A stretch of 64,000 nucleotides of DNA from Patescibacteria group bacterium (GCA_038063995.1 JBBTUA010000007.1:5219-69218), one strand, 5' to 3'. Counted from the first letter of the stretch, positions 46,115 through 56,444 are shown. Numbers and translations are program-made. The notes: a model not told the origin generated them from the letters alone.

Positions 46115-46321
46115 GAGCGGAACCTCCTTTATTTTTTTGATTTTTGATTCTTTATGTAAAGTCTTAATGCAATCAGTGCAGATTTTCATTCTCTTTCCGT
46201 TGACTAAAGCCCACTGAAGATTCGGCTTCTGGCGGTAAATTTTTGTCGGATTATAATGGCCGCGAAGAAGTTTTCGCTTTATCGCTTTCATTGGTTTTTT
46301 CCCACAGCGCGGACAACGCAT
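46100..46321 (-). CDS. rpmB: 50S ribosomal protein L28
   Basis: CPRCGK...QKPNLQ...KICTDCIK. Confidence 0.88.
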   Translation of the reverse strand: MRCPRCGKKPMKAIKRKLLRGHYNPTKIYRQKPNLQWALVNGKRMKICTDCIKTLHKESKIKKIKEVPLRAVV

Positions 46322-46416
46322 AAAATTAGAATATAGAATTTAGAATAGAGAATATAGAATATTAAAGATTTAAAGGCCATTTTACAGAATACATTAAAAA
46401 TGATATTTTTTCAATA

Positions 46417-47028
46417 ATGGAAGGATTTGTTTTGATTATTTTTCAAATTCTCGTGGTTCTATTTTCAATCGTCATTCACGAGGTAAGCCATGGACTGATG
46501 GCTCATAGCTTGGGTGATCCGACGGCTAAAAACGCGGGCCGCTTAACTTTGAATCCTCTACCTCACTTGGATATTTTCGGTTCGATCCTTCTCCCTTTTC
46601 TTACTTTTACTTTGGGCGGATTTGTTTTCGGCTACGCCAAGCCCGTGCCTTATAATCCCGTATATCTTTCGGACAGAAAATACGGACCGGCCAAAGTGGG
46701 TGTTAGCGGGCCCGCCTCTAATATAATCATTGCTTTGGTTTTCGGTTTGATTTTGAGATTTATGCCAGTTTTTTTGCAATCAACTATTCTGCCCGAACTT
46801 TTTTCTTTCATTGTTTTGATCAACTTGGTCCTGGCGGTTTTTAATCTTTTGCCGGTGCCGCCGCTTGACGGCCATTGGCTGTTGCTTACTTTTATTCCTG
46901 ACCGTTTTTATAATTTTAAAAGATTTTACCTTCAATACGGTTTAGTTCTTTTTATTTTAGTCTTGCTCTTTGTCTTGCCTTTGATTTTCCCTCTGGTTTT
47001 CAAACTGTTTAGGTCGATAGTGGGGTAG
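46417..47028 (+). CDS. site-2 protease (M50)
   Basis: HEVSHG, GRLTLNPL.H, NLLPVPPLDG. Confidence 0.92.
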   Translation: MEGFVLIIFQILVVLFSIVIHEVSHGLMAHSLGDPTAKNAGRLTLNPLPHLDIFGSILLPFLTFTLGGFVFGYAKPVPYNPVYLSDRKYGPAKVGVSGPASNIIIALVFGLILRFMPVFLQSTILPELFSFIVLINLVLAVFNLLPVPPLDGHWLLLTFIPDRFYNFKRFYLQYGLVLFILVLLFVLPLIFPLVFKLFRSIVG

Positions 47029-47039
47029 GCTTCTTAACC

Positions 47040-47067
47040 TTGACAAAACCTGTGGATTTGCTATAAT
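47040..47067 (+). promoter_or_regulatory. sigma70 promoter of DGR2 target
   Basis: TTGACA-16 nt-TATAAT with TG extension. Confidence 0.7.
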
Positions 47068-47220
47068 ACAAATATCAAGCTGAAAAAGCTTAAAACAGCA
47101 CTTTTATATAAGAATTACTTACGAGACTCGCCATAGCCTTGTGGCATTAAGGAAAGCTTTAATACTGAAAGGCTATGGCGGCATTCCGTTGCCTAGTTCA
47201 TCCAAAAGGAGGATGACGCC

Positions 47221-47841
47221 TTGACTTAGATCATGACCGCATCCGGAATGAGTGACGGACAGATCGAGACCGTGGTTGAACAGCTTCGCGCCGCGATGCG
47301 AAAGCATCGGGAGGAGGTCCAGAAAGACGCCGCCCAGCAAGCGCTCGGCGTGGACAATCTCGGTATGAGGATGTTTGTTGTTTTTCGCTAACTCGCGGAA
47401 ACAATGAACAATCTCATCGTCCGGTACGTGAAGGTGGACCGCACCAAGACCCCGGAGCAGATGCTTGAGGCCACGGGCCGGCGACAGTACACCGACGCAG
47501 ACGTGGTCAAGGCCATGCCGAGGGGCGACGGCGACGAAGGAGAGGTCTTTTTCTTCAAGCTCGACCTCTCAAGCCGCGGCGGCCACATCAGCAATGACGA
47601 CATGGAGAAGGAATACGAACTGCGCGGCCTCAAGCCCGCAGACCCGTACAAGCTCTCTCAGGTCAATGTCGACGACCCGGCCTTTGCCGATGAGCACCCC
47701 AACAGCACCCACTGGAAGGATACCAATGGCAGATGGTGTTTTGCCTTGTTCCACCAGTGGGACGGCAGGCGCCGCGTGCGCGTCTACCGCGGCGCCTATG
47801 GCTGGAACGCCTACTGGTGGTTTGCCGGCCTTCGCAAGTAG
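47221..47841 (+). pseudogene. DGR target protein 2, interrupted by in-frame stops (TAG 47227, TAA 47389)
   Basis: SD AAGGAGG then one continuous frame TTG ACT TAG ATC ATG...CGC TAA CTC...; VR-like end WCFALFHQWDGRRRVRVYRGAYGWNAYWWFAGLRK. Confidence 0.75.
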
Positions 47842-47901
47842 TCCTTTGACCTTTGTTCCTTTGGTCTCGTTGGCCTTTGGAATTTGGTCCTTGGAACTCT
47901 T

Positions 47902-47933
47902 GGCCCGCATCTGCTTACAAGCAGATGCAGGCC
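47902..47933 (+). other. hairpin downstream of VR2
   Basis: GGCC-C-GCATCTGCTT-AC-AAGCAGATGC-A-GGCC after a CCTTTG-rich tract. Confidence 0.65.
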
Positions 47934-48182
47934 TTTTTCTTTAAATATGTTAAAATTTTAAACGGCAATAGGTGAATATGCGGAAGATCACGGTTTTTCG
48001 CTACCGAACCCAGTATCCATAAAACCGAGAGTATCTCCGACTAAGGTTTATGAGATAGAGTAGTTTATGAGAACTTAAAAAATGAAGATACTTGGTGTGG
48101 TAAGCTAGGGTATTTTGATACTGAATTCGATACAATCCGGAGAGTATTCAACGGATAGTGGCATGGACGGCTTGCCATACGA

Positions 48183-48203
48183 TTCGCCACGTTCAACCAG
48201 TGG
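48183..48203 (+). repeat. 5' stub of putative template repeat TR2
   Basis: TTCGCCACGTTCAACCAGTGG vs VR2 47740-47760 TTTGCCTTGTTCCACCAGTGG, 17/21 identical. Confidence 0.5.
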
Positions 48204-48204
48204 T

Positions 48205-48465
48205 CTGATAGATAATATTATTTGGCTTCACAATGATTTAAAGAACTTTAAATATAATCACGGCGGCTATAAGGCATTCAAAATCAACGACCCGAAACCG
48301 AGAAATATCCATAAGGCAACAGTCAGAGACAGATTATTGTACCATGCTATTTACCGGGTTCTTTATCCTTTTTTTGATAAGACTTTCATTTTTGATTCTT
48401 TTTCTTGCCGAAACAAAAAAGGAACTCACAGAGCTTTAAATAGATTCAGATTTTTTGCATATTAA
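48205..48465 (+). pseudogene. DGR reverse transcriptase, N-terminal fragment
   Basis: HGGYKAFKINDPKPRNIHKATVRDRLLYHA...FDKTFIFDSFSCRNKKGTHRA then stop. Confidence 0.85.
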
Positions 48466-48553
48466 GTTAAAATTAAAAATAAAATCCTTCAAAGAATAAT
48501 TATTGCCTAATAAAAATCTTTGTGTTAGTATTTTTCTGCTAAATCGAAAACAT

Positions 48554-48964
48554 ATGCCGACTTTCAGGCAGTTATTGAAAAACCCGAGAAAGATTATAAA
48601 GGCGAAGACAAAATCGCCGGCTTTAGCTTTCGGTTTCAACACAAACAAAAATAAGCCGGTTGATTATTTTTCTCCTTTCAAAAGAGGAGTTTGCGTAAAG
48701 GTAACAACCGTGACTCCCAAAAAGCCGAACTCGGCTTTGCGGAAAATCGCCAGAGTCCGTTTGACCAACGGCCAGGAAGTGACCGCATATATTCCCGGAA
48801 TCGGCCATAATCTTCAGGAGCACTCGGTGGTGATGATAAGAGGCGGTCGGGTCAAGGATCTGCCTGGAGTCAGATACCATATTGTAAGGGGGATGCTGGA
48901 CTCGGCTGGAGTGGAAGGCCGGAAACAGCAAAGAAGCAAATACGGAGCAAAGCGCCCGAAATAA
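48554..48964 (+). CDS. rpsL: 30S ribosomal protein S12
   Basis: [21 protein letters not shown]; start ATG 48554. Confidence 0.97.
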   Translation: MPTFRQLLKNPRKIIKAKTKSPALAFGFNTNKNKPVDYFSPFKRGVCVKVTTVTPKKPNSALRKIARVRLTNGQEVTAYIPGIGHNLQEHSVVMIRGGRVKDLPGVRYHIVRGMLDSAGVEGRKQQRSKYGAKRPK

Positions 48965-48988
48965 ATTATCAATTCTATATTCTAATCT

Positions 48989-49456
48989 ATGAGACGAGGA
49001 AACGTTCCGAAAAGAAAAATTGAACCAGACATCAAATACGAAAGCGGTTTAGCCGCCAAATTTGTTAATTATGTAATGAAAGACGGGAATAAAACCATTG
49101 CCCGAAAAATTGTTTACGGGGCTTTGGAAAATTCTGAAAAAAAACTCGGCAAAGGAGCTCTCGAAATTCTCGAACAGGCTATAAGAAATGCCGGGCCGGA
49201 AATGGAACTGCGGTCCCGCCGTATCGGAGGCGCCAATTACCAGATTCCTTATCCGGTCAAGCCGGAAAGAAGAATTACTTTGGCCTTGCGCTGGATAATT
49301 GAAGCGGCCAGAGCGAAAAGCGGGCAGTCAATGATAGAAAAATTAACCCAGGAGTTAGCCGATGCTTATTCTAACACCGGAGCGGCGGTTAAGAAAAAGA
49401 TGGATACTCACAGAATGGCTGAAGCAAATAAGGCATTCGCCCATTTTGCCTGGTAG
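48989..49456 (+). CDS. rpsG: 30S ribosomal protein S7
   Basis: RRIGGANYQIP, HRMAEANKAFAH. Confidence 0.97.
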   Translation: MRRGNVPKRKIEPDIKYESGLAAKFVNYVMKDGNKTIARKIVYGALENSEKKLGKGALEILEQAIRNAGPEMELRSRRIGGANYQIPYPVKPERRITLALRWIIEAARAKSGQSMIEKLTQELADAYSNTGAAVKKKMDTHRMAEANKAFAHFAW

Positions 49457-49457
49457 C

Positions 49458-49500
49458 AGAAAGAATATAGAACAAAGAATATAGAACATAGAACGAGAAT
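49458..49500 (+). repeat. heptamer array (AGAATAT-type), left arm
   Basis: AGAATAT AGAACAA AGAATAT AGAACAT AGAACG AGAAT. Confidence 0.8.
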
Positions 49501-49846
49501 GACCAACACTTTTAAAGATTTGATAGTTTGGCAAAAGTCTAAACAACTAGCCGTAGAAATCTATAAACTAACAGAAAAGTTCCCCAAGTCAGAATTGTAT
49601 GGTTTAGTAAGTCAGATGCGCCGAGCGGCAATTTCAATTTCATCAAATATAGCCGAAGGCTATAAAAGGTTTCATAGTAAAGAGAAAAAGCAATTGTTTT
49701 CAGTTGCTTCTGGCTCCGGGACTGAATTAGAAAGTCAAATAGAGATAACTAAGGAATTATTCCCAGAAATAGATTTTTCAAAATCTATTTTACTTTTAGA
49801 AGAAATAATGAAAATATTAAACAACTTTGTTAAAAAGTTGTCTTAG
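49499..49846 (+). CDS. four helix bundle protein (23S rRNA IVP family)
   Basis: FKDLIVWQKS, FPKSELYGLVSQMRRAAISISSNIAEG, GSGTELESQ. Confidence 0.92.
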   Translation: MTNTFKDLIVWQKSKQLAVEIYKLTEKFPKSELYGLVSQMRRAAISISSNIAEGYKRFHSKEKKQLFSVASGSGTELESQIEITKELFPEIDFSKSILLLEEIMKILNNFVKKLS

Positions 49847-49852
49847 TTTTGA

Positions 49853-49887
49853 ATTCTATATTCTAAGTTCTATATTCTAAATTCTAT
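49853..49887 (-). repeat. heptamer array (ATTCTAT-type), right arm, inverted relative to left
   Basis: ATTCTAT ATTCTAA GTTCTAT ATTCTAA ATTCTAT, running into the fusA ATG. Confidence 0.8.
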
Positions 49888-52003
49888 GCCGCGTGATTAT
49901 CCCATTGAGAAAACAAGAAACATTGGCATCATTGCTCATATAGACGCCGGCAAAACAACCGTAAGCGAGCGCATTTTATTTTACACCGGCGTTTCCCACA
50001 AAATCGGAGAAGTTCACGAAGGGGAAGCGATAATGGACTGGATGGAGCAGGAACGGGAGAGAGGCATCACTATCACCGCCGCCGCGACAACGGTTTTTTG
50101 GATTCCCACATATTTAAGAGAAATCCAAAACAGAAAAGAATTTGAATACAAGATAAACATAATTGATACTCCGGGGCACGTTGATTTTACCGTTGAAGTC
50201 GAACGTTCCCTTAGAGTTTTAGACGGAGCAGTAGTTGTTTTTGACGGAGTCGCCGGAGTCGAACCCCAGTCAGAAACCGTTTGGCGTCAGGCTGATAAAT
50301 ATAAAGTTCCCAGAATTTGTTTCGTAAATAAGCTAGATAGGCTTGGCGCTTCGTTTGAACGTTCTTTTCAGTCAATTTTGGCAAGGCTTACCCCAAATGC
50401 GGTAAGGGTGCAGATTCCTGATGGTGAGGAAGACAAATTCACCGGCGTAGCCGATCTTTTGAAAATGAAATTTTACCGTTTTGAGGGCAAGTTCGGCGAG
50501 TCAACCGTTGAAAGTGAAATTCCAGATAATCTGAAAGAAGCAGCCCAGAAATACCATCACGAACTGATTGAAAAAATAGCCGAAAACGACGACGAGCTCA
50601 CGGAACTGTTTTTGGAAGGCAAAGAAATTCCTTTGGAAAGATTAATTGCCTCTTTAAGAAAGTCAGTTTTAAATTATAAATTGGTTCCGGTTTACTGCGG
50701 TTCGGCTTTAAAAAACAAAGGGGTCCAACTGGTTTTGGACGCCGTGATTGATTATCTGCCATCTCCGATCGAGGTTCCGCCGGTCAAAGGGGTTAACCCG
50801 AAAACCGGAGAGGCCGAAGAAAGGCATCCAAAAGACGAGGAGCCCTTTACTGCCTTGGCTTTTAAAGTAGCTACTGATCCTTATGTCGGTCAGCTTACCT
50901 TTTTCCGCGTTTATTCAGGAATTTTAAAAGCCGGTTCTTATGTTTTGAATGTAACCAAAAACGAAAAAGAAAGAATCGGCCGGATTTTGCGGATGCATGC
51001 CAATGAAAGACAGGAATTGTCCGAAGTTTATGCCGGCAACATCGCGGCCACGGTCGGTTTGAAATCCACCCGGACCGGCGATACGCTTGCCGATCCCGGT
51101 TGGCCGGTTATTTTGGAGGAAATAGTTTTTCCGGAGCCGGTCATATCTTTAAGAATCGAACCCAAGACAAAAGCTGACCAGGAAAAAATGTCTCTGGCTT
51201 TAAAACGTTTGTCTGATGAAGATCCGACTTTCAGAATCAGGAGCGACAGCGAAACAGGCGATACAGTCATTTCAGGAATGGGCGAATTGCATCTTGAAAT
51301 CATTGTTGACCGGATGAAAAGGGAATTTGGAGTCGTGGCTAATATCGGCCGGCCTCAAGTTGCTTACAAAGAAACAATCCAAGGTTCAACAGAAGTTGAG
51401 GGAAAATATATACGCCAGTCGGGTGGAAGAGGTCAATACGGCCATGTTTGGCTGCGCCTTGAACCACTTGAGCAAGGTAAGGGTTTTGAGTTTGTGGATG
51501 CTATAAAAGGAGGGACGATTCCGGATGAATTTATTCCAGCCATTGAAAAAGGAATTATGGAGGCTAAGGAGAAAGGAGTTTTAGCCGGTTATCCGATGAC
51601 TGATTTTAAAGCGACAGTGTATGACGGTTCTTTTCATGAGGTTGATTCTTCGGAGATTGCTTTTAAAATCGCTGCTTCTTCGGCTTTTCAAGATGGGGCC
51701 AAGCGCTCGAAACCAGTTATCCTCGAACCGATTATGAAATTGGAAGTCATAGTTCCGGAAAAGTTTATGGGCGAAACAACCGGAGATCTTTCAAGCCGCC
51801 GGGGCCAGATTCTGAATATTTCAGATCGCGAGAACTTGAATCTTAAAGTAATTGATGCTAAAGTTCCTCTTGGCGAAATGTTCGGTTATGCCACAGTTTT
51901 GCGTTCGCTTACCGAAGGCAGAGGCACATTTACTATGGAATTTTCAAACTATGAAGTGGTGCCGCAAAACGTGGCTGATCAAATTGCCGCCGGCAAAAAA
52001 TGA
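49886..52003 (+). CDS. fusA: elongation factor G
   Basis: [32 protein letters not shown]. Confidence 0.97.
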   Translation: MPRDYPIEKTRNIGIIAHIDAGKTTVSERILFYTGVSHKIGEVHEGEAIMDWMEQERERGITITAAATTVFWIPTYLREIQNRKEFEYKINIIDTPGHVDFTVEVERSLRVLDGAVVVFDGVAGVEPQSETVWRQADKYKVPRICFVNKLDRLGASFERSFQSILARLTPNAVRVQIPDGEEDKFTGVADLLKMKFYRFEGKFGESTVESEIPDNLKEAAQKYHHELIEKIAENDDELTELFLEGKEIPLERLIASLRKSVLNYKLVPVYCGSALKNKGVQLVLDAVIDYLPSPIEVPPVKGVNPKTGEAEERHPKDEEPFTALAFKVATDPYVGQLTFFRVYSGILKAGSYVLNVTKNEKERIGRILRMHANERQELSEVYAGNIAATVGLKSTRTGDTLADPGWPVILEEIVFPEPVISLRIEPKTKADQEKMSLALKRLSDEDPTFRIRSDSETGDTVISGMGELHLEIIVDRMKREFGVVANIGRPQVAYKETIQGSTEVEGKYIRQSGGRGQYGHVWLRLEPLEQGKGFEFVDAIKGGTIPDEFIPAIEKGIMEAKEKGVLAGYPMTDFKATVYDGSFHEVDSSEIAFKIAASSAFQDGAKRSKPVILEPIMKLEVIVPEKFMGETTGDLSSRRGQILNISDRENLNLKVIDAKVPLGEMFGYATVLRSLTEGRGTFTMEFSNYEVVPQNVADQIAAGKK

Positions 52004-52248
52004 ATGACGAAATAAAAAATTTGGTTTCCAAACTTGGAGCCTTAGCCATATTAGAAGAAGGCGAGCCGAAGTTTGTGATTCTGTCTTACGAAAAGGCCAA
52101 AAGCCTAATTATCCACAAAAACATTGACAATTCCGTATATTCTGATAAAGATAGTAGTGAAGAGATAGATAGATTGAATAGGGAGATTCTTATCTTGAAA
52201 GAAGAAGTGGCCCAAAAGGAAAGGGAATTATCAGTAGGTAATTTATAG
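52000..52248 (+). CDS. small hypothetical protein (Phd-like N-terminus, coiled-coil end)
   Basis: 82 aa, [19 protein letters not shown] overlap with fusA. Confidence 0.55.
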   Translation: MNDEIKNLVSKLGALAILEEGEPKFVILSYEKAKSLIIHKNIDNSVYSDKDSSEEIDRLNREILILKEEVAQKERELSVGNL

Positions 52249-52328
52249 GCAAAATATGATAACTTCGGAAAAGCTATTTTTTTTCGCTCATCAGAAGTTA
52301 TAAAATTTTCCTAAAATTTTTAAAGAAT

Positions 52329-53534
52329 ATGGCCGAAAAATTTGAAAGAGGCAAGATTCACGTCAACATCGGAACAATAGGTCACGTTGACCATGGCAAG
52401 ACCACATTAACTGCGGCAATGCTTCATGTTGCCGGAGAATTGCTTAATGATGAAGGCTATAAAGCCAGGGTTGAGAAAGTTGATCAAATCGACAAGGCTC
52501 CCGAGGAAAAAGCTAGAGGAATTACCATTGCTTTGCACCATTCGGAATTAGAAACTCCTAAAAGGCATTATGCTCATGTCGATGCTCCCGGACACGCCGA
52601 CTACATTAAGAATATGATCACCGGCGCGGCCCAGATGGACGGAGCCGTTTTGGTTGTTTCGGCGCCCGACGGTGCCATGCCTCAAACTAGAGAGCATATA
52701 TTGCTGGCCCGTCAGGTTGGGGTGCCTTCAATAATCGTCTTTTTGAATAAAATAGACCAGGTTCAGGATCCTGAATTGATTGATCTGGTTGAAACCGAAA
52801 TCAGAGAGCTTTTGAACAAGTATCAATATCCCGGCGACACTACGCCGGTGATCCGCGGTTCAGGATTAAAGGCTTTGGAAGCCAAGTCAAAAGATGACCC
52901 GGCGGTAGCTCCGATTCGGGAACTTTTAAAAACCATAGACGAATACATTCCTGATCCGGTCAGAGATACCGAAAAGCCTTCTCTTATGCCCATTGAAGAC
53001 GTCTTTTCAATCGAAGGGCGAGGCACCGTGGTAACGGGAAAAGTAGAAAGAGGCAGAATAAAACTTAACGAAGAAATTGAAATTGTCGGAATAAGGCCTA
53101 CCCAAAAAACCATAGTCACTGGGGTAGAAATGTTTAACAAACAGTTGGATGAAACCATCGCCGGAGATAATGTCGGTTTGCTTTTGAGGGGAGTAAAGAA
53201 AGAAGATGTTTCGCGCGGGCAGGTAATTGCCAAGCCCGGCTCAATTACTCCTCATACCGAATTCGAGGCTGAAATTTATATTTTGACGAAAGAAGAGGGC
53301 GGACGCCATACCCCGTTCTTTGCCGGTTATAAGCCGCAATTTTATGTCAGAACAACTGATGTCACCGGCGAAGTAATTCTTCCTGAAGGAACCGAAATGG
53401 TAATGCCCGGCGACACCGTGAATTTGAAAATTAAATTAATTGCTCCAATCGCCTTGGAAGAAAAGATGAGATTTGCCATCAGAGAAGGAGGCAAGACAGT
53501 CGGTGCAGGAGTGGTGACAAAAATAAGTAAATGA
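52329..53534 (+). CDS. tuf: elongation factor Tu
   Basis: [35 protein letters not shown]. Confidence 0.97.
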   Translation: MAEKFERGKIHVNIGTIGHVDHGKTTLTAAMLHVAGELLNDEGYKARVEKVDQIDKAPEEKARGITIALHHSELETPKRHYAHVDAPGHADYIKNMITGAAQMDGAVLVVSAPDGAMPQTREHILLARQVGVPSIIVFLNKIDQVQDPELIDLVETEIRELLNKYQYPGDTTPVIRGSGLKALEAKSKDDPAVAPIRELLKTIDEYIPDPVRDTEKPSLMPIEDVFSIEGRGTVVTGKVERGRIKLNEEIEIVGIRPTQKTIVTGVEMFNKQLDETIAGDNVGLLLRGVKKEDVSRGQVIAKPGSITPHTEFEAEIYILTKEEGGRHTPFFAGYKPQFYVRTTDVTGEVILPEGTEMVMPGDTVNLKIKLIAPIALEEKMRFAIREGGKTVGAGVVTKISK

Positions 53535-53578
53535 TAGGACTTACTCTCTAGCGGGTAAGTCCTTTTGGTTCCTTAACT

Positions 53579-53923
53579 ATGACTTCGAGTCCGGCAAAGA
53601 AGAAAGAAGAAGGAAAAAATGAACAGCGGATAAGGATTCGTTTGAAAGCTTTTGATAGCCGCATTATTGACCGGTCAGTCAAGCAGATCATGGAGACTTT
53701 GGAAAAAATGGATGTTCAGGTCATCGGGCCGGTGCCGTTGCCCACCGAAATATCAAAATTCACGGTTAATCGATCAACCTTTGTCCATAAAGACAGCCGT
53801 GAGCAGTTTGAAATGAGGATTCACAAAAGGCTGATTGAGATTCAAAACCCCACGCCGAAAATAATCGATGCTTTGATAAATTTAAGTCTGCCAGCGGGAG
53901 TAGATATTGAAATCAAGATGTAA
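53579..53923 (+). CDS. rpsJ: 30S ribosomal protein S10
   Basis: [22 protein letters not shown]. Confidence 0.96.
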   Translation: MTSSPAKKKEEGKNEQRIRIRLKAFDSRIIDRSVKQIMETLEKMDVQVIGPVPLPTEISKFTVNRSTFVHKDSREQFEMRIHKRLIEIQNPTPKIIDALINLSLPAGVDIEIKM

Positions 53924-54100
53924 ATTGATTTCAATATCTGTTCCTGAAATATATATGGATAGGAATCCATATATTTACGGCATTCGATTGTAATAAGTAA
54001 TTACTTATTACAATCTCTTTTGTAAATATGAACAGATTTTATAAAATTTAATTTTTTTTAGCGATTTTAGCGAGCCCCGCTAAGCGGGGCTTTAATTTAT

Positions 54101-54538
54101 ATGGCAACAGTTCAAGGCAAGAAAATAGGAATGACCCAATTTTTTAGAGAGGATGAAGCAGTCCCGGTCACTTTAATAGAAGCTGATTTTGGAGAAGAGC
54201 TTGAAATAAAAGAGGGCGACAAAGTTAAGGTGAGGGGAATTTCAAAAGGAAAGGGTTTTCAGGGAGTGGTAAAGAGGCACGGTTTTTCGGGTTTGCCGGG
54301 AAGCCACGGCCATAAAGGAATGGAAAGAGCGCCCGGTTCGATTGGCCAGAGATTCCCCCAGCATACTTTAAAAGGAATGAGAATGGCCGGCCATATGGGC
54401 GCGGCTAATATAACCGTCAGAAATCTTGAAGTGGTTAAGATAGATAAAGAAATCAAAGTCATAGCTTTAAAAGGAGCGGTGCCCGGAAGAAGAGGGACAA
54501 TGCTGGAAATTTCTAATTATGCAAATAAACTTATTTAA
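54101..54538 (+). CDS. rplC: 50S ribosomal protein L3, shortened
   Basis: GKKIGMTQ, SKGKGFQGVVKRHGF, RAPGSIG, KGAVPG; 145 aa. Confidence 0.92.
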   Translation: MATVQGKKIGMTQFFREDEAVPVTLIEADFGEELEIKEGDKVKVRGISKGKGFQGVVKRHGFSGLPGSHGHKGMERAPGSIGQRFPQHTLKGMRMAGHMGAANITVRNLEVVKIDKEIKVIALKGAVPGRRGTMLEISNYANKLI

Positions 54539-55184
54539 TCAAAATGCAGAAATAATCGGAAAAGTGGAATTGAATGACTCGATTTTCGGCGTTGAAATGA
54601 ATCCTGATTTGATGCATCAGGTTATTGTCGCTCAGGCAGCCAATTCAAGGTCTATTTTAGCCCATGCAAAAGGAAGAAGCGAAGTAAGGGGCGGCGGCAA
54701 AAAACCTTGGCGCCAGAAAGGAACCGGCCGGGCAAGACACGGTTCGATCCGCTCTCCGATTTGGAAAGGAGGAGGCGTGACTCATGGGCCTTTGAAAGAA
54801 AAAGTTTATTCCCAAAAAATAAATAAAAAAGCAAAACAGAAAGCTTTGTTTATGGCTTTGAGCTCGAAAGTAAAAGACGGTCAAGTCGCTGTTATTGATT
54901 CGGTTTTGCTGGACGAAGCCAAGACTAAAAAAATGAAAGAGATTTTCGATAAAGTTTCCAATATTCTGGAGGGCTACAAGAAAAATAAAAAAAATCAGGA
55001 TTCGATTTTACTGGTTCAACCCTCTTCGGACAAAAAAATTTTCCGGGCCGTCAGGAATCTGGTTTTTGCCAAAGCGGTCCGGGCTGATAATTTGAATATT
55101 TCGGAAATTTTGGAAAAAAAATATTTAGTTTTGCTTAAAGATGCAATTCCGGTAATTGAAAAAACATATCTTAAAAATATTTAA
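54519..55184 (+). CDS. rplD: 50S ribosomal protein L4
   Basis: KPWRQKGTGRARHGS. Confidence 0.96.
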   Translation: MQINLFNQNAEIIGKVELNDSIFGVEMNPDLMHQVIVAQAANSRSILAHAKGRSEVRGGGKKPWRQKGTGRARHGSIRSPIWKGGGVTHGPLKEKVYSQKINKKAKQKALFMALSSKVKDGQVAVIDSVLLDEAKTKKMKEIFDKVSNILEGYKKNKKNQDSILLVQPSSDKKIFRAVRNLVFAKAVRADNLNISEILEKKYLVLLKDAIPVIEKTYLKNI

Positions 55185-55203
55185 ATTTTTAAATATATTC
55201 CAT

Positions 55204-55578
55204 ATGGCTTTATTTAAAAAAACAAAAAAAGATGAAAAAGTTGAATCAAAAGAAAAAACTACTGAAAAAAAAGTGGCGGATTTGCCTGAAGACAAAGACC
55301 CTAAGCTTTATGAGGTTATAAAAAAACCGATAGTGACCGAAAAGGCAGTCAATTCTTCGGGGAGCGGCAAGTATGTTTTTATGGTTTCTAAAAAAGCAAA
55401 TAAAACCGAAGTGGGTAAGGCCATTGAAAGGCTTTACGATGTCAAAGTAAGAGCTGTAAATATATCCAATGTCACCGGCAAAAAAAGACAGCTCGGCCGT
55501 TTTGAGGGATGGAAGCCTGGTTTTAAAAAAGCGGTCGTTGCTTTAGAAAAAGGATTTTCAATAGATATTCATACATAA
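55204..55578 (+). CDS. rplW: 50S ribosomal protein L23
   Basis: KPIVTEKA, ANKTEV, FKKAVV. Confidence 0.93.
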   Translation: MALFKKTKKDEKVESKEKTTEKKVADLPEDKDPKLYEVIKKPIVTEKAVNSSGSGKYVFMVSKKANKTEVGKAIERLYDVKVRAVNISNVTGKKRQLGRFEGWKPGFKKAVVALEKGFSIDIHT

Positions 55579-55582
55579 TTCA

Positions 55583-56407
55583 ATGAAACACTATAAACCA
55601 ATAACTCCGGGGAGAAGACAGATGACCGGATACGATTTTAAAGGCTTATCAAAAGCCAGACCTTTGAGATCTTTGGTTATAGATTTGAAAAAGAATCCGG
55701 GGCGGGCTTCAAACGGAAGAATAACTTCAAGGCATAAGGGCGGCGGCCACAAAAAACTTTACAGGCTTATTGATTTCAAACAAAACAGATTTGATATTCC
55801 GGCTCGCGTTCAATCAATAGAATACGATCCTTACCGAAGCGCGAGAATCGCTTTAGTCAGCTATGTTGATGGAGAAAAAAGATATATTTTATCGCCTGAC
55901 GGCCTCAAGTCTGGAGATAAGATTCAATCATTTTCCGGCAAAGGAGGGATTGATATTGGAAACAGGATGAAATTAAAATTTATTTCCCAAGGGACTCTGG
56001 TTCATAATATCGAAATCAATCCGGGCCAAGGCGGCAAAATCGTCAGATCAGCCGGCACATCCTGTCAGGTTTTGGCCACAGAAGGCAGATATACTCAATT
56101 GAAAATGCCTTCCGGTGAAATAAGAATGTTTTTGTCGGAAAGCCGGGCTTCAATAGGCCAGGTTTCGAATCCGGAGCATATTCATATCAATTTTGGGAAA
56201 GCCGGCCGCTCAAGGTGGAAAGGCATTCGGCCGCGGGTCAGAGGTTCGGCTATGAATCCAGTTGATCATCCTCATGGCGGCGGCGAAGGAGCCCAGCCGA
56301 TAGGTTTATCCGGCCCTAAAACACCTTGGGGAAAGCCTGCCCGCGGAGTTAAAACCAGAAAGAGAAAAAAGAGATCAAGTAGATTAATTTTGAAGCGAAG
56401 AAAATGA
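55583..56407 (+). CDS. rplB: 50S ribosomal protein L2
   Basis: EYDPYRSA, MNPVDHPHGGGEG. Confidence 0.97.
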   Translation: MKHYKPITPGRRQMTGYDFKGLSKARPLRSLVIDLKKNPGRASNGRITSRHKGGGHKKLYRLIDFKQNRFDIPARVQSIEYDPYRSARIALVSYVDGEKRYILSPDGLKSGDKIQSFSGKGGIDIGNRMKLKFISQGTLVHNIEINPGQGGKIVRSAGTSCQVLATEGRYTQLKMPSGEIRMFLSESRASIGQVSNPEHIHINFGKAGRSRWKGIRPRVRGSAMNPVDHPHGGGEGAQPIGLSGPKTPWGKPARGVKTRKRKKRSSRLILKRRK

Positions 56408-56444
56408 AAATATTTAAATATTTAAATATTTAAACTTTTTATTT

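Noticed and set aside
47227-47391. Stop-codon recoding to explain in-frame TAG/TAA in DGR target 2
   Set aside because: TAA, TAG and TGA all terminate conserved genes in this window, so pseudogenisation is simpler
38541-48465. The two RT fragments as a complementary split reverse transcriptase
   Set aside because: Neither piece contains RT motif 3 with the first catalytic aspartate, both have ragged deletion-type ends, and each belongs to its own TR/target locus
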